Origin: Syntrophaceae bacterium UBA1411
GTDB taxonomy: Bacteria; Desulfobacterota; Syntrophia; Syntrophales; Smithellaceae
Assembly: GCA_002304995.1 (NCBI GenBank)
Contig: DBPV01000044.1
Location: 79,943-128,886 of the forward strand
Reading direction: 5' to 3'
Length of the DNA: 48,944 nucleotides
In this document: positions 26,433 through 36,382 of the stretch, piece after piece
Position numbering within the stretch: the stretch's first letter is position 1
How the letters are laid out: each line of letters opens with the position of its first letter
Notes under the pieces: generated by a model
Seen by the model: only the letters and a program-made list of their open reading frames with translations
Told to the model about the DNA's origin: nothing
The model's database searches: none
Position numbers and translations under genes: made by a program

Positions 26433-28022
26433 ATGTGCTGTGCAAAAATTTCTTTTCCCATGTCCCGAGCGGTCGCCGACGCCTACGCGCAGGGTGAGGA
26501 GGATGAGACCCTCCTTCCGCTGGTGCTTGCCGACGCCCGGCAAAATCCGCTGGGAAGAATTTCCCCGGACGATTCGGTTATCTTCTACAACATTCGCGGC
26601 GAGCGCGAAATCGAACTGACGCGCAGTTTCACCGAAAGGGGCTTCCACGAATTTCCCGTCCACGACAGTCTGCCCGTCCACTTTGCGACGATGATCGAAT
26701 ATCAGAAGGGCCTGAATGTCGACGTAGCCTTCCCGCCCCAGGGCGTTTTAACCGATACGCTGAGCGACGTTCTCGCCGACCGGGGATTCAGCCAGGCCAA
26801 GATCACGGAAGCGGAAAAAGCGGTTCATGTCAGCTTCTTTTTCAACGGGAAAAAATCCGATCCGCTGCCGAACGAGGAAAGAATCGTCATTCCGACGCGC
26901 AAGGACGTCAAACTGTTTGACGAAGCTCCGGAAATGTCGATTGCGGAAATCACCCGCGCGGCGCTGGCCAAGATTCAGGATTCGTCCTGCCGGTTCATCG
27001 TGGTCAATTTCCCGAACGTCGACGTGGTCGGCCATATTGAAAACGAACCGGCGGTGCTCCGCGCCGTCGCGGCGGTGGACCGCCATGCCGGCCTCGTGCT
27101 TGCGGAAGCGGCCCGCGAGAAGGTCACCGTCATCGTCACGGCCGATCACGGCACGGTGGAAAAATGGCGCTATCCGGACGGCGGCGTGGACACGGGACAC
27201 ACGGACAGCCCCGTGCCTTTCGTTCTTCTGCATCCCGAACAGAACCTGACGCTGAAATCCCGGGGAGAACTGACGGATATCGCGCCGACGATTCTCGATT
27301 TGCTGGGCCTGCCCGCCCCCGCGTCCATGACGGGCGCGTCGCTGATCGCGGAAAAACCCGACTCCTTACCTCCCGCTTCGCGCCTGCTTTTGATCATTCT
27401 CGACGGCTGGGGCCTTTCCGACACGGCCGAAGGCAATCTGATCGCGCGCGCCGAAACGCCGACCATGGACCGGATCTTGCGCGAATTCCCTTCGGCGCGG
27501 CTTGCCGCCTCCGGCCTGGCCGTCGGGCTTCCCGCCGGAACCGTGGGCAACTCCGAGGCGGGGCATCTGCACATCGGCGCCGGCCGGCGGATTTATTCCG
27601 ACCGCCTGAATATCGATCAGTCGATCGCCCGGCAGGATTTTTCCCGAAACGACGTTTTTCTCCGCGCCATGGACCGGGCCGCGAAAAACGACCGCGCGCT
27701 GCACCTCATGGGAATTGTCTCATTTTTCAGTTCGCACGGCTCGATCGACCACTTGTTTGCCCTGATGGACATGGCCGCCCGCCGGGGCGTTTCCCGTTTG
27801 TCCATCCACTCCATGCTGGGGCGGCGCGGCGAACAGGCCGAAAGCGGCGCGCGCTACATCCGGCAAGTCGAGGAAAAATGTCTGTCTCTCGGTCTGGGAC
27901 AGGTGGTGTCCGTCATCGGACGCTACTGGTCGATGGACCGCGAGGAAAACTGGGACCGGATCGAAAAAACCTACCGGATGCTGGTTTACGGAGAAGGGAC
28001 ACGGATCTCCGGGGAGGAATGA
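26433..28022 (+). CDS. gpmI: 2,3-bisphosphoglycerate-independent phosphoglycerate mutase homologue, circularly permuted
   Basis: All iPGM motifs are present but reordered: HVSFFFNG, PEMS, DVVGH, TADHG, HT and MTGASL come BEFORE IILDGWG, GNSEAGHLHIGAGR and GRYWSMDR. Start at 26433 or 26460. Confidence 0.88.
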   Translation: MCCAKISFPMSRAVADAYAQGEEDETLLPLVLADARQNPLGRISPDDSVIFYNIRGEREIELTRSFTERGFHEFPVHDSLPVHFATMIEYQKGLNVDVAFPPQGVLTDTLSDVLADRGFSQAKITEAEKAVHVSFFFNGKKSDPLPNEERIVIPTRKDVKLFDEAPEMSIAEITRAALAKIQDSSCRFIVVNFPNVDVVGHIENEPAVLRAVAAVDRHAGLVLAEAAREKVTVIVTADHGTVEKWRYPDGGVDTGHTDSPVPFVLLHPEQNLTLKSRGELTDIAPTILDLLGLPAPASMTGASLIAEKPDSLPPASRLLLIILDGWGLSDTAEGNLIARAETPTMDRILREFPSARLAASGLAVGLPAGTVGNSEAGHLHIGAGRRIYSDRLNIDQSIARQDFSRNDVFLRAMDRAAKNDRALHLMGIVSFFSSHGSIDHLFALMDMAARRGVSRLSIHSMLGRRGEQAESGARYIRQVEEKCLSLGLGQVVSVIGRYWSMDREENWDRIEKTYRMLVYGEGTRISGEE

Positions 28023-28024
28023 AC

Positions 28025-28555
28025 ATGCAGGCCACCGTAAATCAAACCATCATCGAACTCGTCCGCGGAGACATCACCGAAGAAGAAACCGATGCCATCG
28101 TCAATGCCGCCAACAGCCGGCTTGCGGGAGGCGCGGGTGTCGACGGGGCCATTCACCGCGCCGGCGGCCCCGCGATCATGGCCGAATGCCGCAAAATCGG
28201 CGGCTGTCCGACCGGCGAAGCCGTGATCACGACAGGCGGCCGTCTCAAGGCCCGTTACGTCATCCACACGGTCGGCCCCGTGTACCGCGGAGGCGGGCAC
28301 GGCGAAGCCCGGCTGCTTTCGTCCGCTTATGCCAGCAGCCTTAAGCTCGCCAAGCGCCGGGGCCTGCACAGCATTGCATTTCCGGCAATCAGCTGCGGAG
28401 TTTACGGCTACCCGATCAATGAAGCCGCGCGCATTGCGCTTTCCGCCTGCCTGGACTTCGCCGGGGAGAATACGGAGATTCAGCTCATCCGCCACGTCTT
28501 GTTCGACCAAAACACCTGTGACATTTTTGCCGTCGAACTGCGAAAACTCCTCTAG
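28025..28555 (+). CDS. macro domain protein (O-acetyl-ADP-ribose deacetylase, YmdB/MacroD-like)
   Basis: GDIT, DAIVNAAN, GGAGVDGAIHRAGG, VIHTVGP and FPAISCGVYGYP. GGAGGA RBS. Confidence 0.95.
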   Translation: MQATVNQTIIELVRGDITEEETDAIVNAANSRLAGGAGVDGAIHRAGGPAIMAECRKIGGCPTGEAVITTGGRLKARYVIHTVGPVYRGGGHGEARLLSSAYASSLKLAKRRGLHSIAFPAISCGVYGYPINEAARIALSACLDFAGENTEIQLIRHVLFDQNTCDIFAVELRKLL

Positions 28556-28574
28556 CCGCTAAGGAAGTGGATCC

Positions 28575-30584
28575 ATGGACGGAAAACCAACTTACGCAGA
28601 CCTGGAAAAAAAGATCGCCGCGCTCAACGCCGAGCTCGCGGCACAAAAAACCGTCGCCGCACAATACCGCAACCTCGTGGATTCCACGGATGACTCCCTT
28701 TATCTGGTGGACGCCGACGCCCGCTATCTCTTCATGAACAGCAACCATGCCCGGCGCCTGAACCTCCCGCCGGCCGGCATTTCCGGGCTGCCCTATGCGG
28801 ATTTACATACTCCGGAGCAAACGGAAGCTTTCGCGGCCAAAATCCGCGAGGTTTTCGCGACGGGCGCCTCCCTGTCCGACGAGCATCACAGCCTGCGGGA
28901 CAACCAGTACTTCCTGAGAACTTTCAGCCCCGTGCGGGATGCGGCCGACCCCGGAAAAGTCGCTGCGGTGTCGGTCGTCTCCAAAAACGTCACGTCCCGG
29001 AGATGGGCGGTGGAAGCGCTGCGCGCGTCGGAGGAAAAGTACCGCCAGCTGATCGAATATTCCGGCGAGGCGATTTTCATTCTCACCGGCGGCAAAATCC
29101 GTTTCGCCAACAGCCAGACGGAAAAAATGCTCGGCTATCCGCTGGACGACCTCAAGCTGATCTCCTTTATCAACCTGGTCATCTCCGAAGACCGGGAAAT
29201 GGTTTTCGACAGGCAAAAAGCCCTTCTGCACGGCGACGTCTCGGCGGGCATAAACACGTTTCGCATTGTGAACAAGGAAGGGGCCACCACCTGGGTGGCG
29301 CAAAACAGCGCAGCCATCACGTGGGACAATTCGCCCGCTACGCTGAATTACATGCGGGACATCACCCGGCAGAAAAAAACGGAGGCCCGGCTGCTGCAAG
29401 CGCAAAAAATGGAATCCATCGGCACTCTGGCCGGCGGCATCGCACACGATTTCAACAATCTGTTGATGGGCATTCAGGGACACGCTTCGCTGGCGCTTTT
29501 GAAGCTCGACAGAACCGATCCCTCTTACGACCATTTCAAAACAATCGAATCGCTGGTGATCAGCGGCGCCGGCCTGACCCGGCAGCTTCTGGGATTCGCC
29601 CGGAGCGGCAAATACGAAGTCAGGCAGGCCGATGTCAACGCGCTTGTCGAAAAAACCCTCCAGACGCTCGGCCGGACCAGCCGGGAAATCCGCATTCACC
29701 GGCGCCTGGCGGACCATCTCTGGCCGTCCGATATCGATCAGGGACAGATCGAGCAGGCCCTTTTGAATCTGCTCATCAACGCCCGGCAGGCCATGCCGGG
29801 CGGCGGCGACCTTTACGTCGAAACGAAAAACACGCTCTCCGACGAAAACCGCTTCCAGCCCCTGGGCGGCAGGAGCGACCGCTATATCCGGATCTCCATC
29901 ACCGACACGGGCGTCGGCATGGACGAAAAAACGCGGGAAAGAATCTTCGAACCGTTTTTCACAACCAAAGCCATGGGACGGGGAACGGGACTGGGACTCG
30001 CGTCCGTTTACGGCATCATCAAAAATCACAACGGATTCATCAACGTCTATTCGGAGAAGGGGCAGGGATCGACCTTTCACGTGTATCTGCCCGCGTCCGC
30101 CCGGCCTGACAAAGACTGGGACCGGCCGGCCGAACTGCCTGAGCAGGTTTCTCCCGGCACGGAAACGATTCTCCTGGTGGACGATGAGGCCATGATTCTG
30201 GACGTGGCCGGCGCCATCCTGAAAACACTGGGCTACACGGTCATCGCCGCCCGGACGGGAGCGGACGCGCTGGCGATCTACCGGAGCCGGCAGGCCGCCA
30301 TCGACCTGGTCATCCTCGACATGGTCATGCCGGACATGAACGGCGAGGAGGTTTTTTCCGAACTGAAACTTCTCGATCCCCAGGTCAGAGTGCTCCTGGC
30401 AAGCGGATACAGCCTCAACGCGCAGGCCGAAAGAATTCTGGACCGCGGCTGCAGCGGCTTTATCCAAAAGCCGTTCACGTCCGCCGATATTTCCTGCCAG
30501 GTACGCGCCATTCTGGGCTCTCCCGGCGAGCACCCCCGCCGGGAATCTGCGCAGATACCGCTGCCGCTTTTCGATAAGCCTTGA
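28575..30584 (+). CDS. cytoplasmic hybrid sensor kinase, PAS-PAS-HisKA-HATPase-REC (CckA-like architecture)
   Basis: [38 protein letters not shown] and receiver LLVDD...DMVMP...QKPF. Confidence 0.95.
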   Translation: MDGKPTYADLEKKIAALNAELAAQKTVAAQYRNLVDSTDDSLYLVDADARYLFMNSNHARRLNLPPAGISGLPYADLHTPEQTEAFAAKIREVFATGASLSDEHHSLRDNQYFLRTFSPVRDAADPGKVAAVSVVSKNVTSRRWAVEALRASEEKYRQLIEYSGEAIFILTGGKIRFANSQTEKMLGYPLDDLKLISFINLVISEDREMVFDRQKALLHGDVSAGINTFRIVNKEGATTWVAQNSAAITWDNSPATLNYMRDITRQKKTEARLLQAQKMESIGTLAGGIAHDFNNLLMGIQGHASLALLKLDRTDPSYDHFKTIESLVISGAGLTRQLLGFARSGKYEVRQADVNALVEKTLQTLGRTSREIRIHRRLADHLWPSDIDQGQIEQALLNLLINARQAMPGGGDLYVETKNTLSDENRFQPLGGRSDRYIRISITDTGVGMDEKTRERIFEPFFTTKAMGRGTGLGLASVYGIIKNHNGFINVYSEKGQGSTFHVYLPASARPDKDWDRPAELPEQVSPGTETILLVDDEAMILDVAGAILKTLGYTVIAARTGADALAIYRSRQAAIDLVILDMVMPDMNGEEVFSELKLLDPQVRVLLASGYSLNAQAERILDRGCSGFIQKPFTSADISCQVRAILGSPGEHPRRESAQIPLPLFDKP

Positions 30585-30615
30585 TCATCCGGCCGATTTA
30601 TGTCATTTCCAGACC

Positions 30616-31152
30616 ATGAGAAGGAAATTTTCATCCCGGCAGCTTGTGCCCATCGGCGAAATTCTCGACGCCGCCCTGAAAAGAAGAGGGATGGCCGTTA
30701 AGCGGGAGGAAACCGCCGTCTTTAAACTCTGGCCGCAGGCGACCGGCCCGCAAATCGCCCTGCAAACCAGGCCCGACGGCTGGCGCGCCGGAATTCTCTT
30801 TGTCCGGGCCGCTTCCTCCGTCTGGGTGCAGCAGTTGCACTTCATGAAGGAAGACATCCGGCAAAAACTCAACAGCCTCGCCGGAAAAGCCGTCGTCCGC
30901 GACATTCACTTCACCGTCGGACACATCGCTGCCGCTGAGACCGGCCCAGGGGCGGCGTCCGCGGGAAAAACCGTGCTGAAGGAAAGAGACAAAAGGATGA
31001 TCGCCGAGTGCACCCGGCGGCTTGCCGATCCGGAACTGGCGGACGTCGTAAAACGGGTGATGAAGCTGGAAATCAGCCGCCGCCGGCAATCGGAGGAAAG
31101 GCGTCCGCGGTCCTCCGCAAAGAAGACTTCCGATACCGGCCTTCTCCGCTGA
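30616..31152 (+). CDS. DUF721/DciA family protein
   Basis: LWPQATGPQIA...LFVRAASSVWVQQLHFMKEDIRQKLN...IHF matches the DUF721 pattern. Confidence 0.75.
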   Translation: MRRKFSSRQLVPIGEILDAALKRRGMAVKREETAVFKLWPQATGPQIALQTRPDGWRAGILFVRAASSVWVQQLHFMKEDIRQKLNSLAGKAVVRDIHFTVGHIAAAETGPGAASAGKTVLKERDKRMIAECTRRLADPELADVVKRVMKLEISRRRQSEERRPRSSAKKTSDTGLLR

Positions 31153-31206
31153 TGGCGGCGCGTCCGGTTCGCGGCCCTGCATTTTTCCGCAGGAGAGAGG
31201 ATTGCG

Positions 31207-31950
31207 TCAACCGGCGGGAGAAGCCAGATCGGTGAAAATCCGTTCCATGGCGGACGAGTATTTTTTCGGCGCCTCGTAAAGAAAAAGCGGCGGCTCCATC
31301 TTCAGCTCTTCGCGCCCTCCCTGCCTGCCCTCCACCAGAACGAATTCCGCATCCGTCGCGTTATCCGAAAATACCGGCTTCAGGCGTTTGGGTTCGACGC
31401 CCCGCTTGCGGAAACAGCTGATCAGCTCCACCAGCCGCGTCGCCGGATAAATGGTGAAGACCCGGCCTTTGGGTTTGAGCACATAAGCCGCCGCCGCAAG
31501 AAAGCCGGCCAGCGACCCGCTCACTTCATGCCGGGCGATGGCTTTTTCGGGCAGCGGATTGATCCGGCCGGAATGGACTTTCCGGTACGGCGGATTGAAA
31601 ACGACGGCATCAAACGTATGCGGCGCGTAGATTTTTTTAATGGCATGCGCGTCGCCGATGTCGATGGCCACGCGGTCGGCCAGGCCGTTTTCCACGACAT
31701 TCCGGCGCGCCAGTGCCCCGAGGCCTTCCTGCAGTTCCAGGCCGCGCCAGTGCGACTGTGCAAAGCGCGCCGCCAGGACCAGCGCGAGAATTCCGTTGCC
31801 GCAGCCCAGGTCCAGATTGACGCTTTGCGCCCGACAGGTCACGAAGTGCGCCAAAATGAGCGAATCCAGGTTGAACCGGTACCCCGTCCGGCGCTGACGG
31901 ATTTTCAAACGGCCGCAAAGAATTTCATCGATCGTCTCTTCGCCGGTCAT
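31207..31950 (-). CDS. tRNA1(Val) adenine(37)-N6-methyltransferase-like protein
   Basis: GYRFNLDSLILAHF, LDLGCGNG, NPPY and IARHE. Confidence 0.88.
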   Translation of the reverse strand: MTGEETIDEILCGRLKIRQRRTGYRFNLDSLILAHFVTCRAQSVNLDLGCGNGILALVLAARFAQSHWRGLELQEGLGALARRNVVENGLADRVAIDIGDAHAIKKIYAPHTFDAVVFNPPYRKVHSGRINPLPEKAIARHEVSGSLAGFLAAAAYVLKPKGRVFTIYPATRLVELISCFRKRGVEPKRLKPVFSDNATDAEFVLVEGRQGGREELKMEPPLFLYEAPKKYSSAMERIFTDLASPAG

Positions 31951-31962
31951 GATCCGCCTCCC

Positions 31963-33168
31963 TTACTCACCGCCCGTGTCTTCCCTGAGCAGCAGGAAAT
32001 ACAGTTCGCCTTTTTCCTTGAGGCTCCCCGCCGTGGCCTGGGCCGCGGGGCCGAAGCCGCAAAACAGATCCACGCGGCCCGGACCCTTGATGGCCGAGCC
32101 TTTGTCCTGATTCAAAACGAAGCGCGAAAAATCGACGCGCGCGGCAACGTTGTAGTCGTCGTCCAGGACCGGCTTTTTGAGCCGGATGAAGGCCAGCGCC
32201 CCCGGCGGAAAACAGGCCGGATCGGTGGCGATCGTCCGTCCCGGCGTGACCGGCTGGCCCAGCGATCCCACGGGATCCTGCTTAAGGAAGCGAAAAAAAA
32301 TATAGCGCTCGTTGTGGCTTAAAATTTCAAAAATTTCCTTTTCGCTTTTGCTCTTCAGCCAGGCCTTGAAGCCGCGGTAGGAAGAGTCGCTTTTTTCGAT
32401 TTTGTTTTGCTCCAGCAGATTGATTGTCACGGAGCGAAAGGGTCGCCCGTTGTTCTGGGCGTAGCCGACCGTGACGAGCGTTCCGTCTTCCAGGCGGATT
32501 TTTCCCGATCCCTGGGTATGCAGCGACTGAAGTTCCACGGGATCGGACACCCAGACCAGTTCCAGGCCCCTGCCGGCGAGCGCGCCGTCAATGTCGATTT
32601 CCCGCCGCGTATAATAGGGAACCAGGCGGCCGTTTTGCCGGCGGCCGATCCGGGTTTCGCCGGCCGGCCCCTTCTCCGCGATCAGATCGGGCGGCGGCCG
32701 GTAGAGCGGATATTTGTATTTTTCGGAGCGCGTGGGCGACCCTTCCAGAAGCGGTTCGTAGTAGCCGGTGAAAAGGACATCCCCCGCCCCCGTCTGCCCC
32801 GCCGCGCCAAGCAGGAGAAAGTCCCCGGCGATCCGGCGTTTTTTGGCGTCGATGTCCGCGTCGGACCGGACAATGTCCCGGAAAACCTCAAGCGTCCGCT
32901 TCAGGTGCCCGGCGGTGACCGAACGGCCCGCCATCGTAAAAACCTGATCGCGGCCCTTTCCGTTGTAGTAGGCAAGACTGCGGTCGATAGCCAAAAGAAG
33001 CGAGGCGTTGTCCAGATCGTCGAGGAGATCAACCTGCCCGGCGTCCGCTTCGGTCAGAGGCGCCGCGGGCGGCGGCGTCTCGGGAGTGTACACCGCGCGG
33101 CGCGCGCAGCCGGACACGACAACGACCAGCACCAGCAGAAAAAGAAAAACGCGGGCTTTGCGCATCAT
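31963..33168 (-). CDS. mltA: membrane-bound lytic murein transglycosylase A
   Basis: Lipobox VSGC, FTGYYEP, QGSG, YIFF and QDKGSAIKGPGRVDLFCG (3D motif). Confidence 0.92.
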   Translation of the reverse strand: MMRKARVFLFLLVLVVVVSGCARRAVYTPETPPPAAPLTEADAGQVDLLDDLDNASLLLAIDRSLAYYNGKGRDQVFTMAGRSVTAGHLKRTLEVFRDIVRSDADIDAKKRRIAGDFLLLGAAGQTGAGDVLFTGYYEPLLEGSPTRSEKYKYPLYRPPPDLIAEKGPAGETRIGRRQNGRLVPYYTRREIDIDGALAGRGLELVWVSDPVELQSLHTQGSGKIRLEDGTLVTVGYAQNNGRPFRSVTINLLEQNKIEKSDSSYRGFKAWLKSKSEKEIFEILSHNERYIFFRFLKQDPVGSLGQPVTPGRTIATDPACFPPGALAFIRLKKPVLDDDYNVAARVDFSRFVLNQDKGSAIKGPGRVDLFCGFGPAAQATAGSLKEKGELYFLLLREDTGGE

Positions 33169-33623
33169 AGTTCGATAATCATGGCGACTTCATCGCAGTA
33201 GTCGGGATACTTGGGACAGCGGAAGCAGTCCGACCAGATCTTTTCCGGCAAAATGGAGCGGTCCACCTCGGAAAAGCCCAGACGGGCAAAGAACTCCTTT
33301 TTGTAGGTGAGCGAAAAAATGCGAAAGAGTTCCAGCGTGATGGCTTCGGAAATGCAAAACTCGACGAGCTTCCGGCCGATGCCTTTTTTGCGGTACGCCT
33401 CGTCCACGTAAAGCGAACGGATTTCCGCCAGGTTTTCCCAGATGATATTCATGGCGCACACGCCGACGATCCGTTGCTCCTGCTCATCGAAGTAAACGAT
33501 GAAGTCCCGCACGGAATTATAGATGTCCATTAACGATCGCGGCAGCATTTCTCCCTTCGCCGACGATTGATTGATCAAGCGGTGAATGGTTTTGACGTCA
33601 CCGATGCGTGCTTTTCTCAGCAT
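33165..33623 (-). CDS. GNAT N-acetyltransferase (short ArgA-like amino-acid acetyltransferase family)
   Basis: MLPRS, WENLAEIRSL, KGIG, LTY and LPEKIWSDCFRCPK...CDE. Confidence 0.88.
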   Translation of the reverse strand: MLRKARIGDVKTIHRLINQSSAKGEMLPRSLMDIYNSVRDFIVYFDEQEQRIVGVCAMNIIWENLAEIRSLYVDEAYRKKGIGRKLVEFCISEAITLELFRIFSLTYKKEFFARLGFSEVDRSILPEKIWSDCFRCPKYPDYCDEVAMIIEL

Positions 33624-35322
33624 GCCTGCTCCTTCCCCGATCAGCGCCGCGCGCGGCGTCCAGCATGGCGCGGGCGTGAACGCGCGCCGTTTCCGGAATG
33701 TCCACGCCGCCCAGCATCCGGCTGATCTCTTCGATTTTCTGTGACTCATCGATCTGTTCCACCGTGGTGAAGGTCCGGCCGCCGGCGACCTGCTTGGCGA
33801 CCCGCAGGTGCCGGCCGCCGTAGCTGGCGATCTGCGGCAGATGCGTAATGCAGATGACCTGGTGATGAGCCGATATTTCTTTCAGTTTCCGTCCGACGAT
33901 TTCCGCCGTGGCGCCGCCGATGCCGGAGTCTACTTCGTCAAAGACAAGCGTGGCGACCGATCCGGTCTGCGCCAGAACGTTTTTCAGCGCCAGCACGATG
34001 CGCGACAGCTCCCCGCCGGAGGCGATCCGGGCCAGCGGCTTGGGCTCCTCGCCGGCGTTGGCCGCCAGATAAAATTCGATCTCGTCGCCGCCTTTGGGGC
34101 CGTAAGCCTCCTGTGCAGCACCGCAGCGTTTCGTGAAGGTCGCAAAAAAAGAGGCGTTGGGCATATTGAGATCGCCAAGCTTGGCGTCGATGGCTTTTTT
34201 CAGCGCCGCGGCGGCCTTTTCGCGAAGCTTCGAAAGCGCCAGCGCCTTTTCTCTCAGTTCTGCGGCCAGAACCTCCTTTTCCGTGCCGAGCCGCGCCAGC
34301 TCCTCTTCCAAGCCGGAGGCGCGCTTGAGCTCTTCCTCCATCTCGCGCCGGCGGATGAGGAGGGCCGCCAGACTGCCGCCGTGCTTGCGCTTGAGCCGGC
34401 CGAGCGCATCGAGGCGTTCGTCCACGGCCGCAAGCCGCTCGGGATCGAAAACCAGACGCTTCGCATAGTCGCGCAGCTCCAGCGCCGCATCTGACAGGAT
34501 CGCCTGGCAGCCCTCGAGATCGGCGGGCGCGATTTTCAGCCCCGGATCAATCTTGCGGATTTCGCGCACCTGCGCAAGCGCCTCCTTGAGCTGCCCGCCG
34601 ATGCAGTCTTGTTCCGCATACAGAAGCGCGTAGGCCCGCTCGGCAAAGGAGGAGAGCTTCTGGACGTTGATCAGCACTTTTTTTTCATCCGCCAGCGCCT
34701 CGTCCTCGCCCGCAACGGGCTCGAGGGCGCGTATCTCCGCGAGCTGAAACTCCAGGAGATCGGTTTTTTCCGCGCGCGTCCGGCGCATCTCCTCGATCCT
34801 CGCGATCCGGCCGCAAAGCTCGCCGAAGCGCCGGTAGGCGTCTTCATAGACGGCCCGCGCGTCCAGGCACCCGCCGAATTCATCGAGAATGTCGATGTGG
34901 TTGTCCGCCGTGAGGATCAGTTGATGCTCGTGCTGGCCGCAGATGTTGATCAGCGATTCGCTGATCTGCGCCAGATGGGCGAGCGTCGCCATCTGGCCGT
35001 TGACCTGGGCCCGGTTTTTGCCGCTGCGGGAAATCACCCGCCGGATGACGAGTTCCTCGCCTGCGGAAAATCCCAGCCGGGCAAGTTTTTCCTGCAGACG
35101 GGCATTGTCCCGGATCGAAAAGAGCGCTTCCACGGTGGCGGTGTCGGCCTGCGTCCGAATCATGTCCGCCGCAGCCCGGTCGCCCAGAAGCAGGCTCACC
35201 GCGCCGATCAGAATGGACTTGCCCGCTCCGGTTTCGCCCGAAATGATGTTGAGGCCCTCTTCAAACGAAACGTGCAGTTCGTCGATGATGGCAAAGTTGG
35301 CAATACTGAGCTCATAAAGCAT
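33598..35322 (-). CDS. recN: DNA repair protein RecN
   Basis: GETGAGKS, GQHEHQ, ASGGELSR, FDEVDSGIGG and ITHLPQIA. Follows nadK. Confidence 0.97.
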   Translation of the reverse strand: MLYELSIANFAIIDELHVSFEEGLNIISGETGAGKSILIGAVSLLLGDRAAADMIRTQADTATVEALFSIRDNARLQEKLARLGFSAGEELVIRRVISRSGKNRAQVNGQMATLAHLAQISESLINICGQHEHQLILTADNHIDILDEFGGCLDARAVYEDAYRRFGELCGRIARIEEMRRTRAEKTDLLEFQLAEIRALEPVAGEDEALADEKKVLINVQKLSSFAERAYALLYAEQDCIGGQLKEALAQVREIRKIDPGLKIAPADLEGCQAILSDAALELRDYAKRLVFDPERLAAVDERLDALGRLKRKHGGSLAALLIRRREMEEELKRASGLEEELARLGTEKEVLAAELREKALALSKLREKAAAALKKAIDAKLGDLNMPNASFFATFTKRCGAAQEAYGPKGGDEIEFYLAANAGEEPKPLARIASGGELSRIVLALKNVLAQTGSVATLVFDEVDSGIGGATAEIVGRKLKEISAHHQVICITHLPQIASYGGRHLRVAKQVAGGRTFTTVEQIDESQKIEEISRMLGGVDIPETARVHARAMLDAARGADRGRSRHAEKSTHR

Positions 35323-36205
35323 TTTTTCTTTTCCCGGTTCCTGACGGTAAACTGCCCCAACCCAGTTTAGAACGCAAAATCTCCCCGTAACTCCGGTGCG
35401 GCGAAAGAACCAGCCGTGTGTAATGCTTGGATTTCCGGATCGTCATGACGTCGCCGGAATTGATCCGGTAGGATTCCTGGCCGTCCAGCGTCACGGTCGC
35501 GCCGCTTTCCTTCGACCACAGCGTGACGCCCAGAGCGGAACTCTCCGGAAAGATCACCGGCCGGTTGGTCAGCGTGTGCGGGCAGATGGGATTGATGATG
35601 ATGAGCTCCTTGCCGGGAAAAACGATCGGACCGCCCGCCGAGAGGGAGTAAGCCGTCGACCCCGTCGGCGTGGAAATAATGAGTCCGTCGGACTTGTAGG
35701 TGGTCAGGTACTGGCCGTTGACGGAGGTTTCCAGTTCGACGATGCGCGAGAGGTTGCCGCGGTTGATTACCACGTCGTTGAGAACAATGCCGCCGCCGAT
35801 GGTTTTATTGCCCCGGCGGATTTTGACATCCAGCATCATGCGTTTTTCCGTTGTGCAATCGCCCTTCAAAATCAATTCCAGGGCCGCATAGGTTTCGTTC
35901 AGATTGACTTCCGTGAGGTAGCCGAACGTCCCCATGTTGATGCCGACGATGGGCACGGGGTGATGCGCGACGTAGCGCGCGGTGCGCAGCATCGTGCCGT
36001 CTCCGCCCAGAACCGCGATCAGGTCCACCCGGGCGGCCAGGTCATCGAGCTTGAAACCGCCGTTGCCGCCGACGGCCGCGGCGATGTTCGCCTCCAGAGA
36101 TACCTTGATTTTGCGGTTTTCCAGCCAGCCGGCGAGCGCGCCGGCAAACGCCGCGATATTTTCCTTTTCGATATTGGCAACAATGCCGACTTTCTTAATT
36201 TTCAT
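35312..36205 (-). CDS. nadK: NAD(+) kinase
   Basis: LGGDGT, LND and DGLIISTPTGSTAYSLSAGGP. Confidence 0.97.
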   Translation of the reverse strand: MKIKKVGIVANIEKENIAAFAGALAGWLENRKIKVSLEANIAAAVGGNGGFKLDDLAARVDLIAVLGGDGTMLRTARYVAHHPVPIVGINMGTFGYLTEVNLNETYAALELILKGDCTTEKRMMLDVKIRRGNKTIGGGIVLNDVVINRGNLSRIVELETSVNGQYLTTYKSDGLIISTPTGSTAYSLSAGGPIVFPGKELIIINPICPHTLTNRPVIFPESSALGVTLWSKESGATVTLDGQESYRINSGDVMTIRKSKHYTRLVLSPHRSYGEILRSKLGWGSLPSGTGKRKNAL

Positions 36206-36382
36206 CTTGAAAAGCTCCCAAGGACGTCGTTTCGTAACATAAAAAAAAGGCTCTGTCTATGGATAAATATTTCAGGTATTTGAATGAAAACTCCATGATA
36301 TCTCACGGCATTTGACAAGCAGAAATTCTTGACGGAGCGCGCTCGATAAGGTACGGTGCGCGCCGGTGAGGTGACGAAAAAA

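Noticed and set aside
27164-28024. Long upstream extension of the macrodomain ORF overlapping the iPGM in another frame
   Set aside because: Arg/Gly/Pro-rich non-coding-like translation, and a clear RBS precedes 28025. The iPGM frame is continuous, so no frameshift fusion is needed.
28803-30533. 576-aa minus-strand ORF
   Set aside because: Antisense shadow of the hybrid kinase.
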